A stretch of DNA of 51,539 nucleotides from Verrucomicrobiota bacterium. Lineage in GTDB: Bacteria > Verrucomicrobiota > Verrucomicrobiia > Limisphaerales > AV2. Position 1 is the stretch's first letter, and each line of letters begins with the position of its first letter. Shown one piece after another: positions 7,417 through 15,291 of the stretch. The notes under the pieces are model-generated. The model saw only the letters and a list, made by a program, of their open reading frames with translations. It was not told the origin of the DNA and did not search any database. The position numbers and the translations under genes are program-made. The DNA is taken from positions 1 to 51,539 of the forward strand of contig QHNT01000205.1 of NCBI GenBank assembly GCA_003218515.1, given 5' to 3'.

Positions 7417-8647
7417 GAAATTTGATGCGATTGTCATTGGCGGCGGGCCGGGCGGCGCGACGGCGGCGCTGCTGCTGGCGCGCGCGGACTGGAAAGTCGC
7501 CGTCATCGAAAAGGCCCATTTCCCTCGGCGCAAAGTCTGCGGCGAATACGTTTCCGCAACGAACCTTCCCTTGTTTCGGCAACTCGGCATCGAAGCAGAT
7601 TTCCGGAAGGTGGCTGGCCCGCCGGTGAAACAGGTTGGATTGTTCGCGCGGGAAACGATTGTGAGCGCGCCGATGCCACGCATGCGTGAATCGCCCGACG
7701 GCTGGGGTCGAGCGCTGGGACGCGAGACCCTCGACGCGCTGCTGCTGAATCGTGCTGCAGAGACAGGCGCGCACGTGTGGCAGCCGTGGTGGGCGACGAA
7801 ATTACGCAGGGAAGGAGGCGCTTTTGTTTGCGAATCGACGAACAAAGAAACAGGCGGAGCAAACGAGCTTCAAGCCAGCGTTGTCATCGCCGGCCACGGT
7901 TCGTGGGAGCCGGGCGCATTGCCGACTCAGCCCGCGCGTCGCGCGCTTCGCGCCTCGGACCTGCTGGGTTTCAAAGCCCACTTTCGTGGTTGCCGGTTGC
8001 CGGTCGGCTTGATGCCGTTGGTCGTTTTTCCGGGTGGTTACGGCGGCATGGTTCATACAAGCGACGGCCGCGTGAGTTTCTCGTGCTGCATCCGACGCGA
8101 CGAACTGGAGCGGTGTCGGCGAGCGGCGCCGAGTGCGCCCGCCGGGGAAGCTGTGTTGGCGCATGTCAGGCAATCGTGTCGCGGCGTTCGCGAAGCGGTG
8201 CAGGGAGCGTCACTCGACGGCGCGTGGCTGTCCGCCGGGCCGATCCGTCCTGGCATTGTCGCGCCGTTTTCAAAAGGAATGTTCTGCGTTGGCAATGCCG
8301 TCGGAGAGGCGCACCCGGTGATCGCTGAAGGCATCAGTATGGCGATGCAATCGGCGTGGTTGTTGTGTGAGCGGTTGGTGGCGCGATCGAAGGAGGGATT
8401 GACGAGCCAAACGCTCCACGAGATCGGAAGCGATTACGCGGCTGCATGGAGAAGGAGTTTCGCCTGGCGCATCCGTGTTGCTGCGCTGTTCGCGCATCTG
8501 GCCGCGAGACCCGCTGCGGTCGAGCTGTTGCTTCCTTTGTTTCGGCTGTTTCCCGCGACGTTGACTCGGGGGGCGAGGTGGAGTGGCAAAGCAAACGAGG
8601 TGGTGAAGCACTTTGGACATTTTGGTCCCAGCCGTTCGATCTCTTGA
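7400..8647 (+). CDS. FAD-dependent oxidoreductase (geranylgeranyl-reductase / aromatic hydroxylase-like)
   Basis: Rossmann dinucleotide motif FDAIVIGGGPGGATAALLLAR sits at the N-terminus. GD-type motif VGNAVGEAHPVIAEGI is present. The start overlaps the methyltransferase stop (translational coupling). Confidence 0.8.
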   Translation: MTAMAEKFDAIVIGGGPGGATAALLLARADWKVAVIEKAHFPRRKVCGEYVSATNLPLFRQLGIEADFRKVAGPPVKQVGLFARETIVSAPMPRMRESPDGWGRALGRETLDALLLNRAAETGAHVWQPWWATKLRREGGAFVCESTNKETGGANELQASVVIAGHGSWEPGALPTQPARRALRASDLLGFKAHFRGCRLPVGLMPLVVFPGGYGGMVHTSDGRVSFSCCIRRDELERCRRAAPSAPAGEAVLAHVRQSCRGVREAVQGASLDGAWLSAGPIRPGIVAPFSKGMFCVGNAVGEAHPVIAEGISMAMQSAWLLCERLVARSKEGLTSQTLHEIGSDYAAAWRRSFAWRIRVAALFAHLAARPAAVELLLPLFRLFPATLTRGARWSGKANEVVKHFGHFGPSRSIS

Positions 8648-8956
8648 GAGACGCAGCGCCGGTGGGCCACAGCCGATTGAGCCACATTTCCCGTCGGTGA
8701 TGGCGAAGACATCACCTTCCCCTCGGGCAATGTCCGATTTGCGGACAGGATTTACAGAAAAAGGACAGTGAGAGACTCAGTGCTGCGTTTGAGAGCCCGT
8801 TTTTCTTTGCTGGCACTTTCAGTGCTTGAGCAGGATTAAGAACTCGTCGAATCCCTGTGCGTTCGCTGCGGTTGGAAACGTCGGCGCGAAAATCGGGTGA
8901 AGGCTTCACTCCGGTTCAGGGTTCGGGCGACTGTGTAACATTCAAAACATCTGTTC

Positions 8957-9127
8957 ATGTCTGTTTATCAGAAACAAAATTTGCAGGTTCAATTCCTGAA
9001 ATTCGGCGTGGACCATAACGGCATCATCGTACCCATTCTGAAGCGGGGCAAAGACCACTTTGTCCAGTTGCCGCCCGTGGCCAAGCGCGCGAATGCTCAG
9101 GACAAGAACACGCCGCCATCGCGTTAA
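8957..9127 (+). CDS. possible small ORF (56 aa), unknown function
   Basis: ATG...TAA ORF (MSVYQKQNLQVQFLKFGVDHNGIIVPILKRGKDHFVQLPPVAKRANAQDKNTPPSR) in a 650-nt lower-GC gap. It is below the ORF-track cutoff, has no recognisable family and no clear RBS. Confidence 0.15.
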   Translation: MSVYQKQNLQVQFLKFGVDHNGIIVPILKRGKDHFVQLPPVAKRANAQDKNTPPSR

Positions 9128-9297
9128 GCTGCGTTGCGGACAATGCTCGACTCGGATTCAGCAGCTATCCTCGCCCAATTGCTGAGTGCAAAGCGAGTAA
9201 CCTTTGTGCGCCGAGTGGCGGCTGTGTTATCGTCGCGCGGGCGAAGAGGGCTGGCTGAAACTCCGGGAGGCTTTCCCCCGGCACCGAAGATACAAGC

Positions 9298-10170
9298 GTG
9301 AATGACACCATCGGATTTGATCTCTATTTTCCTCGAGAGTATCTCAAGGCCGCTTTAATTGGTTCTTTTCTCAGCGTCAGCGTTTTGGTGGGCGTTTTTT
9401 GCTACCTGAATCGCTACACGCATCGCCGCTACTTCAGCTTCTGGACGGCCGCGTGGATTTTCCACGCCCTCTGGCTGGGACTGTGCATCGCATCGTTAAA
9501 CGTGCAGGAAGGTCCGCTGTTGATGATGCTCAAGCAATGGTGTGTGGGCGCGTCGGCGGTGTTTCTGCTTTGGGGCAGCGCCCGGTTTCTGAAGCAGCGA
9601 ACCAGGCCCTCTCAACTCGCGCTGTTTCTGGCCTTTTTATTCATCTGGAGTTACATCGGGGTTTATCAGTTCGACAGTCTTCTGCAGATGGAGCTGCCTC
9701 TGTTCGCGCTGATGGGGCTGGTGAGCCTGGTGACCGCCGGGTGTTTTTACCGATTCCGCGCCGAACAGCGGTATCTCGGCGCCGGTCTGCTGGCCAGCGG
9801 TTTTGGACTCTGGGGAATTTATATTGCGGCGTATCCGTTCTTTCAGAGTTCCGGCCAGATGATCAGCTCCGGCTACTTCATTTCCGCTGTGCTTCAGCTT
9901 TTCATTGCGGTCAGCATGATCGTCCTGGTGCTCGAGGAAGCACGGAACACTAATCAACTGGCGTTCAGGAAAATCCGTTCCTACAAGTCGAAAACCGTGT
10001 TCCTGCAAAGGAAGGTCATGTCCACCGAGGAACGCTATCGAAGCCTGTTCGATCAGGCCAGCGAGGGCATCGTCATCACCGACGCGGAAGACCTGCGCAT
10101 TCTTGAGTTGAATCAGACCGCCAAACGTTTGCTGGGCGACCGAGGCGGATGGTGCGCCGATCAGCTTTGA
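9298..10170 (+). CDS. sensor histidine kinase, N-terminal fragment (7TM input domain plus first third of a PAS domain)
   Basis: About seven hydrophobic helices are followed by a PAS start (ERYRSLFDQASEGIVITDAEDLRILELNQTAKRLLG). The ORF then stops prematurely after 13 unrelated codons. Confidence 0.7.
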   Translation: MNDTIGFDLYFPREYLKAALIGSFLSVSVLVGVFCYLNRYTHRRYFSFWTAAWIFHALWLGLCIASLNVQEGPLLMMLKQWCVGASAVFLLWGSARFLKQRTRPSQLALFLAFLFIWSYIGVYQFDSLLQMELPLFALMGLVSLVTAGCFYRFRAEQRYLGAGLLASGFGLWGIYIAAYPFFQSSGQMISSGYFISAVLQLFIAVSMIVLVLEEARNTNQLAFRKIRSYKSKTVFLQRKVMSTEERYRSLFDQASEGIVITDAEDLRILELNQTAKRLLGDRGGWCADQL

Positions 10171-10270
10171 AGGGCGGGCCGCCTACCAGTTCTTTCTGCG
10201 CGAGCTGACCGAACGCGCGCGGCTGGAGCAGCAGCTTCGCCAGGCGGAAAAGCTGTCTGCCCTCGGCCAG

Positions 10271-11371
10271 ATGATTTCGGGCATTGCCCACGAGTTGAAC
10301 AACCCGTTGGCGGTCATCAAAGGATATGTGGAGCTCATCCTGTGTCGGGACGAGTTGGGCAAGCAAACCCGCGCCGATTTGGAGAAGGTCGCCCACGAAA
10401 GCAACCGCGCCGCCAAGCTCGTCAGCAACTTCCTGTCCTTCGCCCGCGAACAGCCGAGGCACCGCGAGGCTGTTGATTTTAATGAACTGGTCCGACGCGT
10501 GGCTGAATTGCGCAAGCTGGATTTGCAGAAAGCCCGCGTTGAGCTGCGCCTGGATCTCCATCCCCAACTGCCCGCGACCCAAGGTGACCCCGACCAGATT
10601 CAGCAGGTGCTTGTGAATTTGTTGAACAACGCCCTCCAGGCGCTGGTGGAGGCGCCGCGCCCCGGACGCCTGCATGTTTCCACCCAATGCAAGGAGAACC
10701 TTATTCAGATTCTGGTGGAGGACAACGGCCCTGGCGTGCCGTCGGAAGTGTTGCCGTACATTTTTGAGCCGTTCTTCACCACCAAGGAAGTGGGCCAAGG
10801 CACCGGCTTGGGGTTGTCGATTGCGCACAGCATACTGGCGGATCATCACGGACGGATTTTTTACCAGCCGGCCACCCTGGGCGGCGCTTGCTTTGTTCTG
10901 GAACTGCCAATGGTCAGTCCGAACACCGGCACACAACCGTCGGCGCCGACCGCCCCCCTTCCGGCACTGACGGACACGCCGCAAACACAGTCGGCCCAAA
11001 TCCTGATTCTCGATGACGAAAAGTCGATTGCCGAATTGCTCGGTGAAATGCTCGGTCTGCTCGGCTATTCCACGGTGTTGTGCCATTCCGCTTTGGATGC
11101 GCTGGCACTGGTCGAGCGGCACGAGTTCGACCTGATCGTCTCCGACTTTCGCATGCCGAAAATGAACGGACAGGAATTCTATCAACAAGCGGTCCAGAAA
11201 AAGCCGGAGTTGACGCGGCGCATCATCTTCCTGACCGGCGACGTCGTAAACGAGGAGACGCAGGCGTTTCTGCAATCCACCGGCAATCCCCATATCTCCA
11301 AACCTTTTCAACTTGCGCTCGTGGAGCAAACCGTGGCGCGGGTCCTGCAGCAGAACGCGGTGGCTCAATGA
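10271..11371 (+). CDS. hybrid histidine kinase, C-terminal fragment (HisKA-HATPase_c-receiver)
   Basis: H-box (SGIAHELNNPL), N box (NLLNNALQA), G boxes (DNGPGV, GTGLGLS), then REC (ILILDDE...LIVSDFRMPKMNG...KPF). The frame is open from 10112 and already encodes the PAS end and linker (YQFFLRELTERARLEQQLRQAEKLSALGQ) upstream of the ATG. Confidence 0.8.
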   Translation: MISGIAHELNNPLAVIKGYVELILCRDELGKQTRADLEKVAHESNRAAKLVSNFLSFAREQPRHREAVDFNELVRRVAELRKLDLQKARVELRLDLHPQLPATQGDPDQIQQVLVNLLNNALQALVEAPRPGRLHVSTQCKENLIQILVEDNGPGVPSEVLPYIFEPFFTTKEVGQGTGLGLSIAHSILADHHGRIFYQPATLGGACFVLELPMVSPNTGTQPSAPTAPLPALTDTPQTQSAQILILDDEKSIAELLGEMLGLLGYSTVLCHSALDALALVERHEFDLIVSDFRMPKMNGQEFYQQAVQKKPELTRRIIFLTGDVVNEETQAFLQSTGNPHISKPFQLALVEQTVARVLQQNAVAQ

Positions 11372-11594
11372 GTTCGTCAACGTTGTTTGGGCCGGAGCCA
11401 GAGGCGGAAGCCCGACTCGAGCCTGCGAAAGTCTTGTTGACTCCAGGTGACAATTTGATGCAACCTCCCTCCAGCACAAAGAACTTGCGGTGTCGGTGTC
11501 AGAAAGACAGATGTCAGTGAAGCAGTTAGACATTCAGTGATCCTGCCGGTGCAGAATCCCCCCACTGGGTTTTTTGAGCGGGACAACCAATAGT

Positions 11595-11936
11595 ATGAAC
11601 AACGAATCCAGACTCTTCGTAGGTAATCTCTCTTACCAAACGATGGAAAATGACTTGCAGGAGTATTTCTCTCAGGCAGGCGTAGTCACTTCTGTGAACC
11701 TGATGCTCGACAAATTCACCGGCAAATCCCGTGGCTTCGCTTTCATCGAATTCTCCACGCCGGAAGAAGCCAACAAAGCGGTCGAGATGTTCCACAGCAA
11801 GGAATTTCAAGGCCGTCAACTCACGGTCAACATCGCGCGGCCTCGCGAAGAGCGTCCCCCTCGTTCCGGGCGCGGAGGCGGTGGCGGTGGCGGTTACCGC
11901 GGTGGCCGCGATGGCGGTCGTCGCGAGCGGTACTGA
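11595..11936 (+). CDS. RRM-type RNA-binding protein with RGG tail
   Basis: RNP-2 (LFVGNL) and RNP-1 (RGFAFIEF) motifs, plus a C-terminal GRGGGGGGGYRGGRDGGRRERY. ATG at 11595; the ORF-track TTG at 11574 is less likely. Confidence 0.85.
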   Translation: MNNESRLFVGNLSYQTMENDLQEYFSQAGVVTSVNLMLDKFTGKSRGFAFIEFSTPEEANKAVEMFHSKEFQGRQLTVNIARPREERPPRSGRGGGGGGGYRGGRDGGRRERY

Positions 11937-11963
11937 TGGGAGTTTTTAAAACGCTGTTGCAGC

Positions 11964-11991
11964 GGGCCGGCTTCTGCCGGTCCGTTTTTTA
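11964..11991 (+). terminator. rho-independent terminator after the RRM gene
   Basis: gggccggc-ttct-gccggtcc stem-loop (8 bp, one G-U pair) followed by gtttttta. Confidence 0.6.
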
Positions 11992-12132
11992 TTGGATGCG
12001 GTTTCATGGATCCGGGCGTCGTGGGGCCAGGCTCGTGACGGGCCCTGACACCCATAAGCAGCGCGGCTCGCGCGGCCGCTCGCCCCGCCTTGTGAAATCA
12101 GTTCCGGCGACCAATTTGCGGCGAATAAGCAT

Positions 12133-12161
12133 TTGACACCAACTGGCGCCAACTCTAGCTT
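12133..12161 (+). promoter_or_regulatory. candidate sigma-70-type promoter
   Basis: ttgaca (12133-12138), a 17-nt spacer, then tagctt (12156-12161), about 20 nt upstream of the 12179 ORF. The -10 box is weak. Confidence 0.3.
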
Positions 12162-12178
12162 GGGTTCAGAAAAAGTTT

Positions 12179-12577
12179 ATGGCTGAGAACAACCCCAACA
12201 ACCCATCGGGCGCCGTCCCGCCCAGACCGACCGAGGCCGCCAAAGTGCAGCCCAAAAAAGAGACGGTGCGAATCAATCTACCCCCGAAGCCGACTGCCGC
12301 TCCCACGATCAAAATTCCCGCGCCTGCTCCGACGGCGCAGGCGGCGGCCTCCGCCGCTGCACCGGCGGCTCCAGCCGCGCCTGCCGCTGCCCACGCGCCC
12401 ACTCCCGCGCCGCCAACACCGGCCCCACGGCCTACGGCCGTCGCTGCTGCTGGAAGGCCCGCTCCGGGTCCGCGGTCCGCGCCCGTCATGTCGGGCGTCA
12501 CCGGCTTGGACAAAGCCCTCGCCATCGCGGTTGCGCTGATTGCCGTGGTGGTTTTGGTTCGGGTTTTGATGCTGTAA
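12179..12577 (+). CDS. Pro/Ala-rich tail-anchored protein, unknown function
   Basis: A low-complexity PA-rich body is followed by a single C-terminal TM helix ([19 protein letters not shown]). No recognisable family. Confidence 0.45.
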   Translation: MAENNPNNPSGAVPPRPTEAAKVQPKKETVRINLPPKPTAAPTIKIPAPAPTAQAAASAAAPAAPAAPAAAHAPTPAPPTPAPRPTAVAAAGRPAPGPRSAPVMSGVTGLDKALAIAVALIAVVVLVRVLML

Positions 12578-12627
12578 ATCTCGGAATTTCCGGCGATCGC
12601 TTTATCCTCGAACGCATCCAGGCCCGT

Positions 12628-12960
12628 ATGTCCGCTAACAACATCATCACTTTAACCGCAGCCAACTTTGAACAAGAAGTGTTGCAGTCCCCTACGCCCG
12701 TCTTGGTGGATTTCTGGGCCGAATGGTGTGGCCCTTGCAAAATGATTGCGCCGATCCTCGATGAGCTCGCCAGCGAATATGATGGCAAGGTAAAAGTCGG
12801 CAAAGTCAACATCGACGACCACCAAGCGATTGCCACGCAATACGGCATTCGCGCCATCCCCACTCTTCTGATTTTCAAAGACGGAGAAGTCGCGGAGCAG
12901 GTCGTGGGGCTGCGCAGCAAGCGCGACCTCAAGGCCAACATCGACAAGGTAGCCGTCTGA
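12628..12960 (+). CDS. trxA: thioredoxin
   Basis: WCGPCK active site in the canonical context ([22 protein letters not shown]). 110 aa. Confidence 0.92.
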   Translation: MSANNIITLTAANFEQEVLQSPTPVLVDFWAEWCGPCKMIAPILDELASEYDGKVKVGKVNIDDHQAIATQYGIRAIPTLLIFKDGEVAEQVVGLRSKRDLKANIDKVAV

Positions 12961-12983
12961 GCGTTCCCGGCGGACGGGAGGCC

Positions 12984-13994
12984 ATGTTACTCATCGTCAC
13001 GCCCCGACAACTGACCCAGCGCGCGGAACTGTATCATCAACTGGCCTCGCTGCTGAGCGCCGGGGTCGGCATGATTCAGGCGCTGGAAATGATTCGTCAC
13101 AACCCGCCCGGTTACTCCTTCCGCCAACCGCTCTCTCAACTCATCGCGAAAATCACCGAAGGTGCCACGGTCGCGGAATCCATGCTGAGCCTGGGCCGTT
13201 CGCTGCCCTCCTTTGATCTGGCGCTGATTCAGGCCGCCGAACAAAGCGGACGCCTGCCCGAGTGTTTTCGGCTGCTCGCCAACTATTACAATGAACGCGC
13301 CCGGCTTGCGCGCCGGGTCATGGCCGATCTGGCTTATCCCCTTTTCATACTGCACTTCGCCATTTGCATTTTTCCCGTTTCTCAACTTGTCCAATTGGTG
13401 AGCCGGTTCGACGTCTTCGGTTTTTTACGGGCGAAGTTCATCCTGCTGGCGCCGGCTTACGCGGTCGTTTTCATTTTGATCGTGGCCTGCCAGGGACAAC
13501 GGGGCGAGACGTGGCGCGCAAACGTCGAACGGGCGTTGCGCTGGGTCCCGGTTCTTGGCCCGGCTCGGCGCAATCTGGCTTTGGCCCGATTGTCCGCCGC
13601 TTTGGAAGCTCTGATCAGCGCGGGAGTCTCGATCTTCGATTCGTGGGAACTTGCCGCTGCCGCGAGCGCCTCACCCGCATTGCGACGCGCGGTGCATGGT
13701 TGGCAGGTTGCTTTGCGATCCGGCGAAACTCCCGGTGAGCTGGTGGCGCGCACGTCCGAGTTTCCCGAACTCTTCGCCAATCTTTATCAAACCGGCGAGG
13801 TGAGCGGACAACTGGACGATTCCCTCCGCCGACTCCATCAGCATTACCAGGAGGAGGGCTCGCGCAAGCTGCACATCTTTGCTCAATGGGTGCCGCGCTT
13901 GATCTACTTTGCCATTCTGCTGGCGATTGCCTATCAGATCGTCAGCTTCTGGAGCGGCTATTACAACAACGTCTTTCAGCAACTCAATCTCTGA
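12984..13994 (+). CDS. type II secretion system F-family (GspF/PilC-like) membrane protein
   Basis: Two T2SSF-like modules are present (YHQLASLLSAGVGMIQALEMI; LSAALEALISAGVSIFDSWELAA), with hydrophobic helices between and after them. Confidence 0.65.
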   Translation: MLLIVTPRQLTQRAELYHQLASLLSAGVGMIQALEMIRHNPPGYSFRQPLSQLIAKITEGATVAESMLSLGRSLPSFDLALIQAAEQSGRLPECFRLLANYYNERARLARRVMADLAYPLFILHFAICIFPVSQLVQLVSRFDVFGFLRAKFILLAPAYAVVFILIVACQGQRGETWRANVERALRWVPVLGPARRNLALARLSAALEALISAGVSIFDSWELAAAASASPALRRAVHGWQVALRSGETPGELVARTSEFPELFANLYQTGEVSGQLDDSLRRLHQHYQEEGSRKLHIFAQWVPRLIYFAILLAIAYQIVSFWSGYYNNVFQQLNL

Positions 13995-14047
13995 TCCCAT
14001 CCCAGAGGAGAGGCTTCATGGACGAAACTCTGAGTTAGCCTTCGCGC

Positions 14048-15199
14048 ATGACATCTTCCGAAATTCTTTCCGACGAAGCGCTACGCCAGCACGAATTTCC
14101 CGTCGCGCGCGAAAAGATTTTTCTTGCCCATGCCGGTGTCGCACCGTTGCCCCGCCGGGTGGCCGACGCGGTTCGCGACTACGCCGGGCTTTGTACACAG
14201 GGCGACCAGGAAACACTGCTGCCGGCGCAGCAAGTGCACCATTCGCGCGCGCTCGCCGCCCGTCTGCTCAACGCGCGGCCGGACGAAATCGCCTTCGTCG
14301 GCCCGACTTCGCTCGCGCTCAGCTTCATCGCCGCCGGGCTGCCGTGGAGAAAGAACGAGAACGTCCTCATTTATTTCGACGATTATCCCGCGAACGTCTA
14401 TCCGTGGATGGCGCTGGCGGAACGCGGCGTGGAAGTCCGCTTCCTGAGCGCGAGCGAACCGGGCCGCCTGCGCCCGTTGGAAGTGATCGGCCAGGTGGAC
14501 GAACAAACGCGGCTGGTTGCGCTGGCCTCATGCCATTTCGTGTCCGGCTACCGGATTGACCTGAACGCCATCGGCCAGGCGCTGCACGAACGCAACATCC
14601 TGTTCTGTGTTGATGCCATCCAAACGCTCGGCGCTTTCCCGACCACCGTCGAGCACATAGATTTTCTCGCGGCCGACGCGCACAAGTGGCTGCTCGGCCC
14701 ATGCGCCGCCGGCATTCTCTACGTGCGAAAAGGGCTTCAGGACAGTTTGCGTCCCGCGGCTTACGGCTGGCACAACGTACTTTGCCCCAACTACGTCGCT
14801 CAGGAGCAACTCGTCTTCCGCCCCGGCGCTCGCCGCTACGAAGCCGGCACCCAAAACCTGCTCGGTCTCGTCGGGCTGAACGCGGCGATGGAACTGCTGT
14901 TGGAAATGGGCATCGACAACATCGCCGCCGAATTGTTGCGAAAGCGCGCGCTGCTGGTTCCGGCGCTGAAGAACAAAGGCTATACCGTGCTGCATGCCGA
15001 CGTGCCGCCCGCCAACGCCAGCGGCATCATCACGTTTTATCGCGAGGGCGCCGGCATGGCCGCGCTGTGCGAAAAGCTCGAAGCCGCCAACATTATTGCT
15101 TCGCTCCGCGCCGACCGAAGCGGCCGCCAGCACCTTCGACTCTCCCCGCACTTCTACAACACCGATGCCGAGTTGCAGCGCGTGGTGCAGCTCTTATAG
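14048..15199 (+). CDS. class V aminotransferase-fold PLP enzyme (cysteine desulfurase-like)
   Basis: PLP-lysine context FLAADAHKWLLGP. Overall class V layout with C-terminal RLSPHFYNT. Confidence 0.75.
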   Translation: MTSSEILSDEALRQHEFPVAREKIFLAHAGVAPLPRRVADAVRDYAGLCTQGDQETLLPAQQVHHSRALAARLLNARPDEIAFVGPTSLALSFIAAGLPWRKNENVLIYFDDYPANVYPWMALAERGVEVRFLSASEPGRLRPLEVIGQVDEQTRLVALASCHFVSGYRIDLNAIGQALHERNILFCVDAIQTLGAFPTTVEHIDFLAADAHKWLLGPCAAGILYVRKGLQDSLRPAAYGWHNVLCPNYVAQEQLVFRPGARRYEAGTQNLLGLVGLNAAMELLLEMGIDNIAAELLRKRALLVPALKNKGYTVLHADVPPANASGIITFYREGAGMAALCEKLEAANIIASLRADRSGRQHLRLSPHFYNTDAELQRVVQLL

Positions 15200-15291
15200 G
15201 AGCTGTCTAAGAAACGGAGATAGGCTTTCCAAACAAAACTTGCCAGCGCCAAGATGCTCAGGCTTACTTTGCTGAGTTTGATTTTGATCTG

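Noticed and set aside
8970-8995. tRNA-like T-arm (gcagg-ttcaatt-cctga)
   Set aside because: The stem is imperfect, and no matching acceptor, D or anticodon arms are found at the required distances. No tRNA is called.
10112-10270. Programmed frameshift or two-gene design for the histidine kinase
   Set aside because: About two thirds of the PAS fold is physically missing between the two frames, so recoding cannot restore a normal protein. Interpreted as a deletion.
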